A DNA stretch of 37,809 bases from a virus (lineage: Duplodnaviria; Caudoviricetes). The notes beneath the pieces are model-generated. The model was not told the origin of the DNA. It saw only the letters and a list, made by a program, of their open reading frames with translations, and searched no databases. Positions 18,322 through 25,749 of the stretch are shown here, in pieces. Position 1 is the stretch's first letter, and every line of letters starts with the position of its first letter. The position numbers and the translations under genes were made by a program. The stretch is from positions 1-37,809 of the IMG/VR virus record IMGVR_UViG_3300032135_000027. One strand, written 5' to 3'.

Positions 18322-19314
18322 ATGACCACGCAGGCGGACAAGGAGGCCCTCGTCGCCCGACTGGTGAAGATCCAGTCGGTCGGCGGGTCGCTGCTGTCGA
18401 ACGCGACCGCTGCCCTCAAGGGCGTCCAGGCGATCACCGTGGACGCGGATCCTATCCCGGTGCCAGTGCCCGACCCGGTGCCAGTGCCGGTGCCGGACCT
18501 GCCCCTGCCTGGTGGCATCACCCATGGTGTCGACCTCACCCCGTCGAACGTTGGGCTCGCATCTGCCGGCCTCACCGAAGCGAACCTCACCGCGTACACC
18601 GGGGGCCTCACGATCACCGGCCCCGTCACCCGCAAGGTCATCAACCTGGGCGGAAACCAGCTCGTCCTAGGCGCGGGCGCGGCTCTCACCGAGTGCATCA
18701 TCAAGTCCACCCGTCAGGGTGGGCAAGGTCAGGTGAAGGTCACGGGGTCGAACGTGTCGATCACCCGGTGCGATCACGTCTCGACGGCGGGCTCGGGTGC
18801 CGAGTCCATCGGAATCTTCACCGTCGGCGCGGACAACCTCACGATCGCGAGCTTGCGCATGACCGGGCCGACGATCTTCATGTGGCTCGACGGTAACGCT
18901 TCGACGCCGATGAGCGTGTCGGAGTTCTACGGGTACGCGCAGGTCGGCGGTGGGGCGCATCACGACGGCATCACGCGCCGCGAGAGCAACTCGCCGCTGA
19001 CCATCAGCCGGTCCCGTGTGACGTGCGACCAGGGCTCCACCACCGGTGCGTTCTTCGTCCAGGACACGTGGAACAACCCGAGGTCGGCGTCGAACGTCGG
19101 TTACATCACGGTCCAGGACAGCTACCTCGAGGGCAACGGCTACAACGCCACCCTGGAGCTGTCCAACAACCTCGTGTTCATCAACAACCGGTTCCGGCCC
19201 ACGGAGTACGGCGCCGTGACCCAGTCCAACGGTCCGGTGTCCGGACTGACCTGGACCGGGAACTACCTCTACAGCGCGACCGGCCCTGACTTCAAGGGCG
19301 CGGCCATCTCCTGA
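18322..19314 (+). CDS. right-handed beta-helix (pectin-lyase-like) protein, candidate depolymerase
   Basis: Short helical N-terminus, PVPVPD linker, then Asn/Gly/Thr-rich repeats ('NVSITRCD', 'HHDGI', 'ITVQDSYLEGNGY', 'FINNRF', 'TWTGN'). Confidence 0.68.
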   Translation: MTTQADKEALVARLVKIQSVGGSLLSNATAALKGVQAITVDADPIPVPVPDPVPVPVPDLPLPGGITHGVDLTPSNVGLASAGLTEANLTAYTGGLTITGPVTRKVINLGGNQLVLGAGAALTECIIKSTRQGGQGQVKVTGSNVSITRCDHVSTAGSGAESIGIFTVGADNLTIASLRMTGPTIFMWLDGNASTPMSVSEFYGYAQVGGGAHHDGITRRESNSPLTISRSRVTCDQGSTTGAFFVQDTWNNPRSASNVGYITVQDSYLEGNGYNATLELSNNLVFINNRFRPTEYGAVTQSNGPVSGLTWTGNYLYSATGPDFKGAAIS

Positions 19315-19356
19315 CTGTCGCCTGACCAACCCGCCACCACACGCAAGGAGCACATC

Positions 19357-19722
19357 ATGGGCCTGACCATCGCCGAATCTGTAGAAACCCTCGACGTCCG
19401 ATTCCCCGTCACTGGCGGGGCCGACCACATCGCGTACTCCGCGGACGGCACCAGCGAGACGGCCTCGCTCGCCCGCACGCCGATCGGCGCGACAGGGTGG
19501 GCCGCGGCGATCTCGGCTGACCCGTCCGTCAAGGCGAACGCGGGCACCCTGAGCACGGCGACCGCCTCGGCCGGGGTGACGCTCACGCACTTCGCGGTCT
19601 ACTCGGCGCTCACCGCTGGAACGCAGCGCACCGAATGGCAGGCGCTCACTGCGCCGCGCACCCTCGCGAGCGGCGAGGGGACGTCCTGGGCGGCTGGGGC
19701 GCTGCAGATCACCCTGACCTGA
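19357..19722 (+). CDS. small fibre-associated structural protein
   Basis: RBS AAGGAG; 'TLTHFAVYSALTAGT...LTAPRTLASGE...AAGALQITL' motif common in phage fibre-associated proteins. Confidence 0.65.
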   Translation: MGLTIAESVETLDVRFPVTGGADHIAYSADGTSETASLARTPIGATGWAAAISADPSVKANAGTLSTATASAGVTLTHFAVYSALTAGTQRTEWQALTAPRTLASGEGTSWAAGALQITLT

Positions 19723-19751
19723 CCGACCACACCCAGCGGAGGAGGTAGGCC

Positions 19752-21119
19752 GTGGCAACCGCGCCGGTATTCGTATCGCATACGTCGTCGGTGTGGTCCA
19801 CGGCGGCCACCCCCAAGAGCGTCAGCATCACGGTCCAGGCCGGGGACATCCTCGTCGTGCGCGGGGAGACGTCGAACGGTGGCGTCACGATTGATGGCAC
19901 GACACTCGGTACCCCGGCCGGTGGTTCGCTGACCTACTCCCCGGAGCAGTCGATCTCGATCACGAGCTACTGTGCGGAGTACCTCTGGACGGCGACGGCG
20001 TCGGCTGACGCCACGTTCTCGGTGTCGGTCTCCCGGTCGGGGAACACGGCGAACCTGTGGGGCATGAGCGTCACGGTCTGGCGTGGCTCTGACGGCATCG
20101 GGGCGAGCCAGAAGACGAACGTGACCTCGGGCGCACCATCGCTCGGGATCACGACGCTGCACGACAACTCGGCGCTGTGCGTCTACATCTCCGACTGGAA
20201 CGCCACCGCCGGCACCGCGGCGTGGCGCACCGCTGGGTCTGCAGCGGTGTCGCGCGACGACTTCCTCGACGCTTCGTGGCACCGCGTCTACGCCGCCACC
20301 CATGCGGACGCCGGGACGGCGGGTGCCAAGACGGTCGGGCTCACGGCGCCGGCCGCACAGAAGTACTCGATCACCGCGATCGAGATCCGCGGCGCTGCCG
20401 TCGGCGCCAGTATCTCGGGCACGGTCGCCAGCATCTCAGGGTCGGCCGGGACGCTCGATCGGTCCGCCTCGACTGGGATCGTTGTCGGAACCTCGGGAAC
20501 GTCCGGGTCGGTGGCACGCTCGGCGGTCGCGGGCATCACGGCATCCACCACGGGCATCGTCGGAGCGGTCGCACGCTCGGTCGTCTCCGGCATCACCGCG
20601 GTCACCTCGAGCGTCGCCGGCGCGGTTAGCAGGTCGACGGTCAGCGGCGCGACATCGGCTACCTCGGTGACCTCGGGCGTGCTTGACCGTTCCGCGGTCA
20701 GCGGGATCACCACCGTGACGTCCTCAACCTCAGGCACCGTCGACCCGGTCCCGGCTCCTGGGCTCTCCGCAACCATCGCCATCACGTCGGGGGCTCTCGG
20801 CGCGGTCGCACGGTCGCAGGTCTCCGGGGCAGTCGCAGCGCTGACGGGTGCCATCGGCACGATCAGCCTGTCTCAAGCAGCCGGGACAGTCGCCGCGGTC
20901 GCATCGGTCGTCGGGGCGGTGGCACGCTCCTGGGCATCTGGGACCGTCGACGCCTTGAGCTCGGTCAGCGGGTACGTCAACTCGGGTGCAGCCGTTGCGG
21001 TCGTCCCGAGCGAGCGCACCCTGAGAATCCTTGCCGAGTCGCGGTCGCTGACCGTTGGCGCTGAGTCGCGCACCTACCTGATCTCACCCGAACCCCGAAC
21101 CGTGAAGGTGGAACGATGA
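19752..21119 (+). CDS. fibre-like protein with N-terminal beta domain and 19-aa Ser/Thr/Gly/Ala/Val repeats
   Basis: RBS GGAGG; about 10 copies of a 19-aa repeat; C-terminal 'AESR.L.V' repeats. Confidence 0.65.
   Translation: MATAPVFVSHTSSVWSTAATPKSVSITVQAGDILVVRGETSNGGVTIDGTTLGTPAGGSLTYSPEQSISITSYCAEYLWTATASADATFSVSVSRSGNTANLWGMSVTVWRGSDGIGASQKTNVTSGAPSLGITTLHDNSALCVYISDWNATAGTAAWRTAGSAAVSRDDFLDASWHRVYAATHADAGTAGAKTVGLTAPAAQKYSITAIEIRGAAVGASISGTVASISGSAGTLDRSASTGIVVGTSGTSGSVARSAVAGITASTTGIVGAVARSVVSGITAVTSSVAGAVSRSTVSGATSATSVTSGVLDRSAVSGITTVTSSTSGTVDPVPAPGLSATIAITSGALGAVARSQVSGAVAALTGAIGTISLSQAAGTVAAVASVVGAVARSWASGTVDALSSVSGYVNSGAAVAVVPSERTLRILAESRSLTVGAESRTYLISPEPRTVKVER
20415..20985 (+). 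repeat. degenerate 57-nt (19-aa) coding tandem repeat
   Basis: SGTVASISGSAGTLDRSAS / TGIVVGTSGTSGSVARSAV / AGITASTTGIVGAVARSVV / SGITAVTSSVAGAVSRSTV / SGATSATSVTSGVLDRSAV and further copies. Confidence 0.8.
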
Positions 21120-21397
21120 CAACGACGAGTGACCTGTTCACCAAGGACCCTCAGGCTGTCCTCGACTACGAGTTCGACTGGTCGGCGTGGCTCGACGTGG
21201 GGGAGACGATCACGACGTCAACGGTGAGCGTGCCGACGGGCATCGTCCTGGACTCGCACTCCGAACTGGGTGGTGTGGTCATCGCGTGGCTGTCTGGTGG
21301 GACGGCTGGTGTTCTCTACAGGGTCGTGTCTCATGTGGTCACGTCGTCTGGTCGGCAGGATGACCGGACGATCCGCGTGTCGGTCCAGGAGCGCTGA
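21116..21397 (+). CDS. fibre-tail adaptor-like small virion protein
   Basis: 'KDPQAVLDYEFDWSAWL..GETI...WLSGGTAG..Y.V...V.TSSGRQDDRTI.V.V.ER', a conserved phage family motif. Confidence 0.7.
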   Translation: MTTTSDLFTKDPQAVLDYEFDWSAWLDVGETITTSTVSVPTGIVLDSHSELGGVVIAWLSGGTAGVLYRVVSHVVTSSGRQDDRTIRVSVQER

Positions 21398-21398
21398 C

Positions 21399-21530
21399 GT
21401 GGCGACCCTTGACCTGCTGCGTCTCGAGCGTGTCTGGTCGACGTTGTCCGCCGGCGACCGGCAGCAGCTGTTCGACGACTGGCCCGATGTGTACGGCGCG
21501 ATCGAGTTGTGGGTCCGCGCCCGACAGTAA
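21399..21530 (+). CDS. hypothetical protein (43 aa)
   Basis: GTG at 21399 after AGGAG; fills the space before the terminator. Confidence 0.5.
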   Translation: MATLDLLRLERVWSTLSAGDRQQLFDDWPDVYGAIELWVRARQ

Positions 21531-21546
21531 CCACCCGCACGCACAG

Positions 21547-21579
21547 ACGCCCCTCGCCTTCACGGCGGGGGGCGTTTTT
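21547..21579 (+). terminator. intrinsic terminator ending the late operon
   Basis: ACGCCCCTCGCC-TTCAC-GGCGGGGGGCGT stem followed by a T run. Confidence 0.88.
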
Positions 21580-21605
21580 GCTGTGTCGGGAGCAGGTCGG
21601 AACCC

Positions 21606-21634
21606 TTGCGGATACACGCGCATGTGTGTACTCT
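21606..21634 (+). promoter_or_regulatory. SigA-type leaderless promoter with overlapping imperfect palindrome
   Basis: TTGCGG-17 nt-TACTCT-6 nt-ATG(21641); TACAC-N8-GTGTA inverted repeat at 21613-21630. Confidence 0.7.
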
Positions 21635-21640
21635 GAGAAC

Positions 21641-21868
21641 ATGACAACAACCCGCACGGCATCCGAGATGGTCGCAGACAAGGGCACCTGCGAGGTGTGT
21701 GGTCAGCTCGCCAGACTCATCAACTTCAAGCGCGACAACTTCGGCCCCGGCAAGCATGGCGGATACCTCGCCAAGCACGGACGCCCGGGAGTGAACCCGC
21801 GATTCGCCTGCCGTGGATCGTTCGAGGGGTGGGCCGAGCGCGGGACGACGACGGGCGTCGCCCGATGA
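21641..21868 (+). CDS. hypothetical protein with CxxC...H...C motif
   Basis: ATG 21641 directly after the promoter; 'GTCEVCG...KHG...ACRGS'. Confidence 0.6.
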   Translation: MTTTRTASEMVADKGTCEVCGQLARLINFKRDNFGPGKHGGYLAKHGRPGVNPRFACRGSFEGWAERGTTTGVAR

Positions 21869-22098
21869 CCCGCACCCCATCCCCCCGCCGCTACCTCTCC
21901 CGCCCCGAGGTCGCCATCCGCATCAACGTCAAACGGGGCACGCTCAACCGTTACCACCTTCCCCCGCCTGACGCCTACGTGGGTGTCCTGCCGGGGTGGA
22001 AGCCCGAGACGATCGACCGGTGGGATGCTGCGCGGCCGTCTCGACGCAAGGAGAACGGCCAGTGCCCGCTATGCAACGTTCAACAGGAGGAACAATGA
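21865..22098 (+). CDS. AlpA-like HTH DNA-binding protein
   Basis: 'RYLSRPEVAIRINVKRGTL..Y.LPPPD...G...GWKPETIDRW...RP'. Confidence 0.78.
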   Translation: MTRTPSPRRYLSRPEVAIRINVKRGTLNRYHLPPPDAYVGVLPGWKPETIDRWDAARPSRRKENGQCPLCNVQQEEQ

Positions 22099-22424
22099 GC
22101 GACATCGAGGACCGACTGGCCGAGATCGAGGGGCACCTGTCCGTCGCGCACCAGGAGATCGGGGACGTTGCAGCCGACGTCCGCGTCCGCTGGCGCATGA
22201 GCATCCCGCCCCGCCCGGACTACGACACGGACCTCATCATCAGCCGCGCGCTCGATGACGGCGAGAAGGTAGCGAGTGCGCTGCGGGCCGTGCTGACCAC
22301 AGCCGACCCGGACGGAATGCTCGTCTCCTACGATGCAAACTGGGTTGCCGGCTACATGGATGCGATGGAAGAAGTCACTGCCGCCATCACCACCGCCCTC
22401 GGTGCGAGCGAGGCGGGGAAGTGA
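22095..22424 (+). CDS. hypothetical protein
   Basis: RBS AGGAGG, ATGA overlap. Confidence 0.65.
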   Translation: MSDIEDRLAEIEGHLSVAHQEIGDVAADVRVRWRMSIPPRPDYDTDLIISRALDDGEKVASALRAVLTTADPDGMLVSYDANWVAGYMDAMEEVTAAITTALGASEAGK

Positions 22425-22714
22425 GCACCTACCTGCACCTCGTGTGCCTCGACCACACGCCTCCGCTGGTGGCTGAGGATGAGTCTGGGCAGCACCTCTA
22501 CGACCTGCCGCAGATCCGGGCAGACCTCGCCGCTGACCTGCTCACGCTCGCCAACGAGTCAGAGAACGCCGAGCGATCCGCACCGTTCGCGCATGACCCG
22601 TGGTACTTCCGACGCAACACGATCCGGTTCCGTGTCGCGCACCGGGCCTGCCGCATCGGCATCCGTGACGAGTACGGCGTCGACCACGCGACAACGACCG
22701 AGGCCACCCGATGA
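22421..22714 (+). CDS. hypothetical protein
   Basis: GTGA-coupled; 'CLDH...QH...H..C..IRDEYG'. Confidence 0.65.
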   Translation: MSTYLHLVCLDHTPPLVAEDESGQHLYDLPQIRADLAADLLTLANESENAERSAPFAHDPWYFRRNTIRFRVAHRACRIGIRDEYGVDHATTTEATR

Positions 22715-23046
22715 CCGCCGAGCCGAGCGTGCGGGACCGGGCGGCGGAGGTGCTGCTGGCTCACCAGCGGTACGGGGCTGGGTCCTGCTCTTGCGAGTTC
22801 GACAAGTGGGGCGCATCGTTCTCCCAGCACCAGGCCGATGCCCTCGCCGCTGCCGGGCTGCTGGTGGGAACATCCAAGTCCGAGGCCGTTTCGCTTGCAG
22901 TTGCGGCCGACGAACCAACTCGGGTTGCTCACCTGAACCCGGACTGCCGCGGGGGCAAGCACGCCGCCTGCTCCGGCACCGCATGGGACGACGACACGGA
23001 CCAGCTCACGGGATGCGCGTGCGACTGCCACACAGAGGAGGCCTGA
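22711..23046 (+). CDS. hypothetical Cys/His-rich protein
   Basis: ATGA-coupled; 'PDCRGGKHAACSGTAWD...CACDCH'. Confidence 0.65.
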   Translation: MTAEPSVRDRAAEVLLAHQRYGAGSCSCEFDKWGASFSQHQADALAAAGLLVGTSKSEAVSLAVAADEPTRVAHLNPDCRGGKHAACSGTAWDDDTDQLTGCACDCHTEEA

Positions 23047-23324
23047 TGACGCTGACCGAGTTCCTGCTGGCACGGATCGCGGAGGATGAGGCCGATCCGG
23101 ACTGTGGTGGTGTCGGGGAATACGGGTCGTGTGATCGGTGGTCTGAGCGGCGCCTCGCCGAGTGCGAGGCGAAGCGGGCGATCGTGGCGCACCTCAAGCA
23201 GGCTGCCTACCGTAATCGAAACAACGCGAGCGACCGCCCATTCAGGTCGGCGGTCCACATCCTCAAGACCCTCGCCCTCCCCTACGCCTCCCACCCGTCC
23301 TACGACCCCGCGTGGCGCCCGTGA
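23046..23324 (+). CDS. DUF6221-like actinophage protein
   Basis: RBS GAGGAGG; 'LTEFLLARIAEDE...LAECEAKRAIV...LALPYASHPSY...W'. Confidence 0.75.
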   Translation: MTLTEFLLARIAEDEADPDCGGVGEYGSCDRWSERRLAECEAKRAIVAHLKQAAYRNRNNASDRPFRSAVHILKTLALPYASHPSYDPAWRP

Positions 23325-23644
23325 CCCCCCGGCGACAGAAGGGTGAGGGTGGCATTACGCACCGCGCGGACGGCCGCTGGCAGGGGTACGTCTGGGTGCT
23401 CGACGCTGCGACCGGGAAGAAGCGCAAGAGCCCGTACATCTACGCCGCGACCGAGGATGAGCTCGAGGTGAAGCTTGCCGTCGAGCGGGTCCGTCCGCCC
23501 GTGCTGACTGTGGCCGGCGCGCTCGAGTTCGTGCGCCGCGAGACCGGGGCGACGACGGTTGTGCTCGGGTTCGGGTCGGAGGCCGTTCCTGTCGCCAAGG
23601 TTGTCGCCATGGCTACACCCCCAACGTCCTTTGAGCGTGAGTAA
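23321..23644 (+). CDS. stand-alone integrase N-terminal (arm-binding-like) domain protein or integrase remnant
   Basis: 'RRQKGEGGITHRADGRWQG...GKKRK...YAATEDE...KL' matches the N-terminus of actinobacterial tyrosine integrases; no catalytic domain follows. Confidence 0.62.
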   Translation: MTPRRQKGEGGITHRADGRWQGYVWVLDAATGKKRKSPYIYAATEDELEVKLAVERVRPPVLTVAGALEFVRRETGATTVVLGFGSEAVPVAKVVAMATPPTSFERE

Positions 23645-23845
23645 CGCGCCTAGATCACTCTCGGGCTACAGCCCCGAAATGTATCTTTGTGCAGGTCAGC
23701 GCCACATTTCTAGGGTCGCGGGGGACGGGTTCGATTCCCGTCTCCCGCACCCATTTGCAAGCCTGTGACCTGCATCAACACTCAAACCGGCCCAAGATGT
23801 ATGCTTGTGGCTACAGCGCGTGCCTACAGCCCGCGTAGCGACAGC
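23590..23845. mobile_element. attP: attP region (core plus arm-type sites)
   Basis: tRNA T-arm and acceptor 3' segment ACGGG-TTCGATT-CCCGT-CTCCCGC-A-CC (23725-23751) upstream of int; repeated TGGC(T/G)ACA-like sites on both sides. Confidence 0.85.
23807..23845 (+). repeat. three direct arm-type repeats
   Basis: GTGGCTACAGC (23807), GTGCCTACAGC (23820), GTAGCGACAGC (23835); related copies at 23590, 23602 (inverted), 23610 and 23663. Confidence 0.75.
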
Positions 23846-23863
23846 GATTGAGGGTTGGTTTCA

Positions 23864-25042
23864 GTGGCCGCTACTCCCGTACCCCACAGGCTCGCGGACG
23901 GCACGATCCACTGGCGCCAACCCTTCCGCCTGGTCCCCGGAGGCAGAGTCACCCACGAGACATTCGCCACCCGTGAAGGCGCCGAACAGTTCGGGCGGCT
24001 CGTCGACAAGATCGGCGGCACTGCGGCCCGCGCCGTCCGCACCGCATCGACCACGTCAGCCGCCGACGTGCCCACCGTCGCCGAACAGGTCACCCGGCAC
24101 ATCAACGCCCTCAGCGGCTGCGAGCCCGGCACGATCCGCCAGTACCGCGTCTACGCCACCGAGCTCGCCGGGACCACGCTCGGGGCGCTCCCCATCGACG
24201 CAGCCACCCGCGACGATGTCGCCGCGTGGATCAGGGACCAGACCAGCGCCGCCAAGACCGTCAAGAACAAGCAGTCGCTCATCAGCGCAGCGCTCGCCCG
24301 CGCCGTCGACGACGAGATGCTCGCCCGCAACGTCGCGCACAAGCACAAGATCGCCCGGACCGAGGTCGAGGAGATGGTGTTCCTCACGCCGGCGGAGTTC
24401 GTCATCATCCACGACCGGGCGACACCGCACTACCGTCCGTTCCTCATCTCCCTGTTCGGCACGGGGATGAGGTTCGGGGAAGCGACCGCGTTGCGCGCCC
24501 GGGACTGCCACCTCGACGCCCGCACCCCGTCCATTGTCGTCACCCGCGCATGGAAGCGCCCGGGGGAAGGTAAGCCCGCCCGGATCGGGCCGACCAAGAC
24601 CGACAAGGGGCGCCGCACGATCAGCCTGCCACGCGAGGTCGTCGACGCCCTACGCCCCCTGGTCGCAGCCCGCGCCCCGGGAGACCTGCTGTTCGTCACG
24701 ACGCAAGGGCTCCGCATCCAAGAGCGCGCGTTCTACGGGCGGTGGGCGTCGTGGCTCCGCGACGAAAGGTGGGACGGTCGCGCATGGGTGCCCCGGGAAC
24801 CTGCCCTCGGGAAGACTCCCAGCATCCACGCCCTGCGACACTCCCACGCGAGCTGGATGCTCGCCCAGGGCTGCTCCCTGTTCCGGCTGCAGTACCGCTT
24901 GGGCCACGAATCGATCAAGACGACGGCCGACCGGTACTCGCACCTGCAGCCCGACTCCGCACGGCTCGATGCTCTCGAGGCATCGTGGGCTGTGCCGGAC
25001 GAACCGCGGCAGATCGGCGCCGACACCGCGAAGAGGACTTAG
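23864..25042 (+). CDS. int: tyrosine integrase
   Basis: Catalytic residues R ('TGMRFGE'), K ('PTKT'), HxxR ('HALRHSHAS'), H ('LGHES'), Y ('DRYSHL'); adjacent to attP. Confidence 0.96.
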   Translation: MAATPVPHRLADGTIHWRQPFRLVPGGRVTHETFATREGAEQFGRLVDKIGGTAARAVRTASTTSAADVPTVAEQVTRHINALSGCEPGTIRQYRVYATELAGTTLGALPIDAATRDDVAAWIRDQTSAAKTVKNKQSLISAALARAVDDEMLARNVAHKHKIARTEVEEMVFLTPAEFVIIHDRATPHYRPFLISLFGTGMRFGEATALRARDCHLDARTPSIVVTRAWKRPGEGKPARIGPTKTDKGRRTISLPREVVDALRPLVAARAPGDLLFVTTQGLRIQERAFYGRWASWLRDERWDGRAWVPREPALGKTPSIHALRHSHASWMLAQGCSLFRLQYRLGHESIKTTADRYSHLQPDSARLDALEASWAVPDEPRQIGADTAKRT

Positions 25043-25056
25043 CGCCGTTTAGCGGA

Positions 25057-25078
25057 TGTCACACCCTGGGCGCACTCT
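25057..25078 (+). promoter_or_regulatory. PafBC/RecA-NDp-like DNA-damage promoter (putative)
   Basis: TGTCAC-N10-CACTCT compared with the consensus TGTC(G/A)G-N10-TANNNT; GTG 6 nt downstream. Confidence 0.5.
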
Positions 25079-25110
25079 GTGTCGGTGACCTATGACAAAG
25101 ACGGCAGACC

Positions 25111-25305
25111 GTGAGCCCGTTCGCGATAGTGGAGAGGTTCGGAACGAGAGTCATCGAAGTGGTCGGGCTAGACCAGGCCGTGATCTACATCCACGCGCAC
25201 GACATCGCTCTCGTCAGGGCTGGGCTTGAGCCGGGTCTTGCTGGCCGGTCGGCTGACTGGCTTCTGGCTGAGTCTCTTCGCTGTAGGAAGCAGATTCACC
25301 CGTAA
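25111..25305 (+). CDS. small protein resembling the N-terminal half of ImmA/IrrE antirepressors (no HExxH)
   Basis: 'PFAIVERFGTRVIEV.GL..AVIYI..HDIALVRAGL'; lies between int and the repressor, convergent with the repressor. Confidence 0.5.
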   Translation: MSPFAIVERFGTRVIEVVGLDQAVIYIHAHDIALVRAGLEPGLAGRSADWLLAESLRCRKQIHP

Positions 25306-25696
25306 CCATGTCGCCGCCGGCCGCCTTGGTGGTGGCGGTACTGAGTGCACCGGAACCACGTCCCTTCGTTGTCATGGATCGCACGGTGGCGAGCACGGCG
25401 GCGATCTGGTCATCAGTGAGGTTCGCTGCACTCGGCGGGAGTAGCTGCGCGAGGCGTGTGTCGTTCGTGCTCGCATCAAGCCCCACGGACTCGGCCCATG
25501 CGAGGACGACCGTCCGCTGGCTGACGTGAAGGCCATGTGCGAGGCCGCGGATGGTGGCCGGCTTCGGGAACTCCTTCTGTGCTCCGGTGGCGATCTGCCA
25601 GAGCCGTTGTCTGGTGGGCTCCTCGCCGCAGTCCGTCGCGAGTTGCTCATAGGTCCGGTCTCCTTTGGTGCTTCGGATGAGTGCTGCGATGTCCAT
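25214..25696 (-). CDS. immunity repressor (HTH)
   Basis: RBS AGGAAGG; 'RTYEQLA...TRQRLWQIATG...FPKPATIRGLAHGLHVS..TVVLAWAESVGL'; divergent from the Cro-like gene. Confidence 0.85.
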   Translation of the reverse strand: MDIAALIRSTKGDRTYEQLATDCGEEPTRQRLWQIATGAQKEFPKPATIRGLAHGLHVSQRTVVLAWAESVGLDASTNDTRLAQLLPPSAANLTDDQIAAVLATVRSMTTKGRGSGALSTATTKAAGGDMVTGESASYSEETQPEASQPTGQQDPAQAQP

Positions 25697-25749
25697 AGGT
25701 GAACCTTCCTTCCTGTACCTAGCAGAGCGCAATTGCTCCCCGCGTGTCC

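Noticed and set aside
23700-23755. Possible tRNA gene
   Set aside because: Only the T arm and acceptor 3' strand are present, with no D or anticodon arm; better explained as the attP core.
25080-25101. Second TGTCGG as another PafBC-type promoter
   Set aside because: The hexamer 10 nt downstream is CAAAGA, which lacks the conserved final T of a -10 element.
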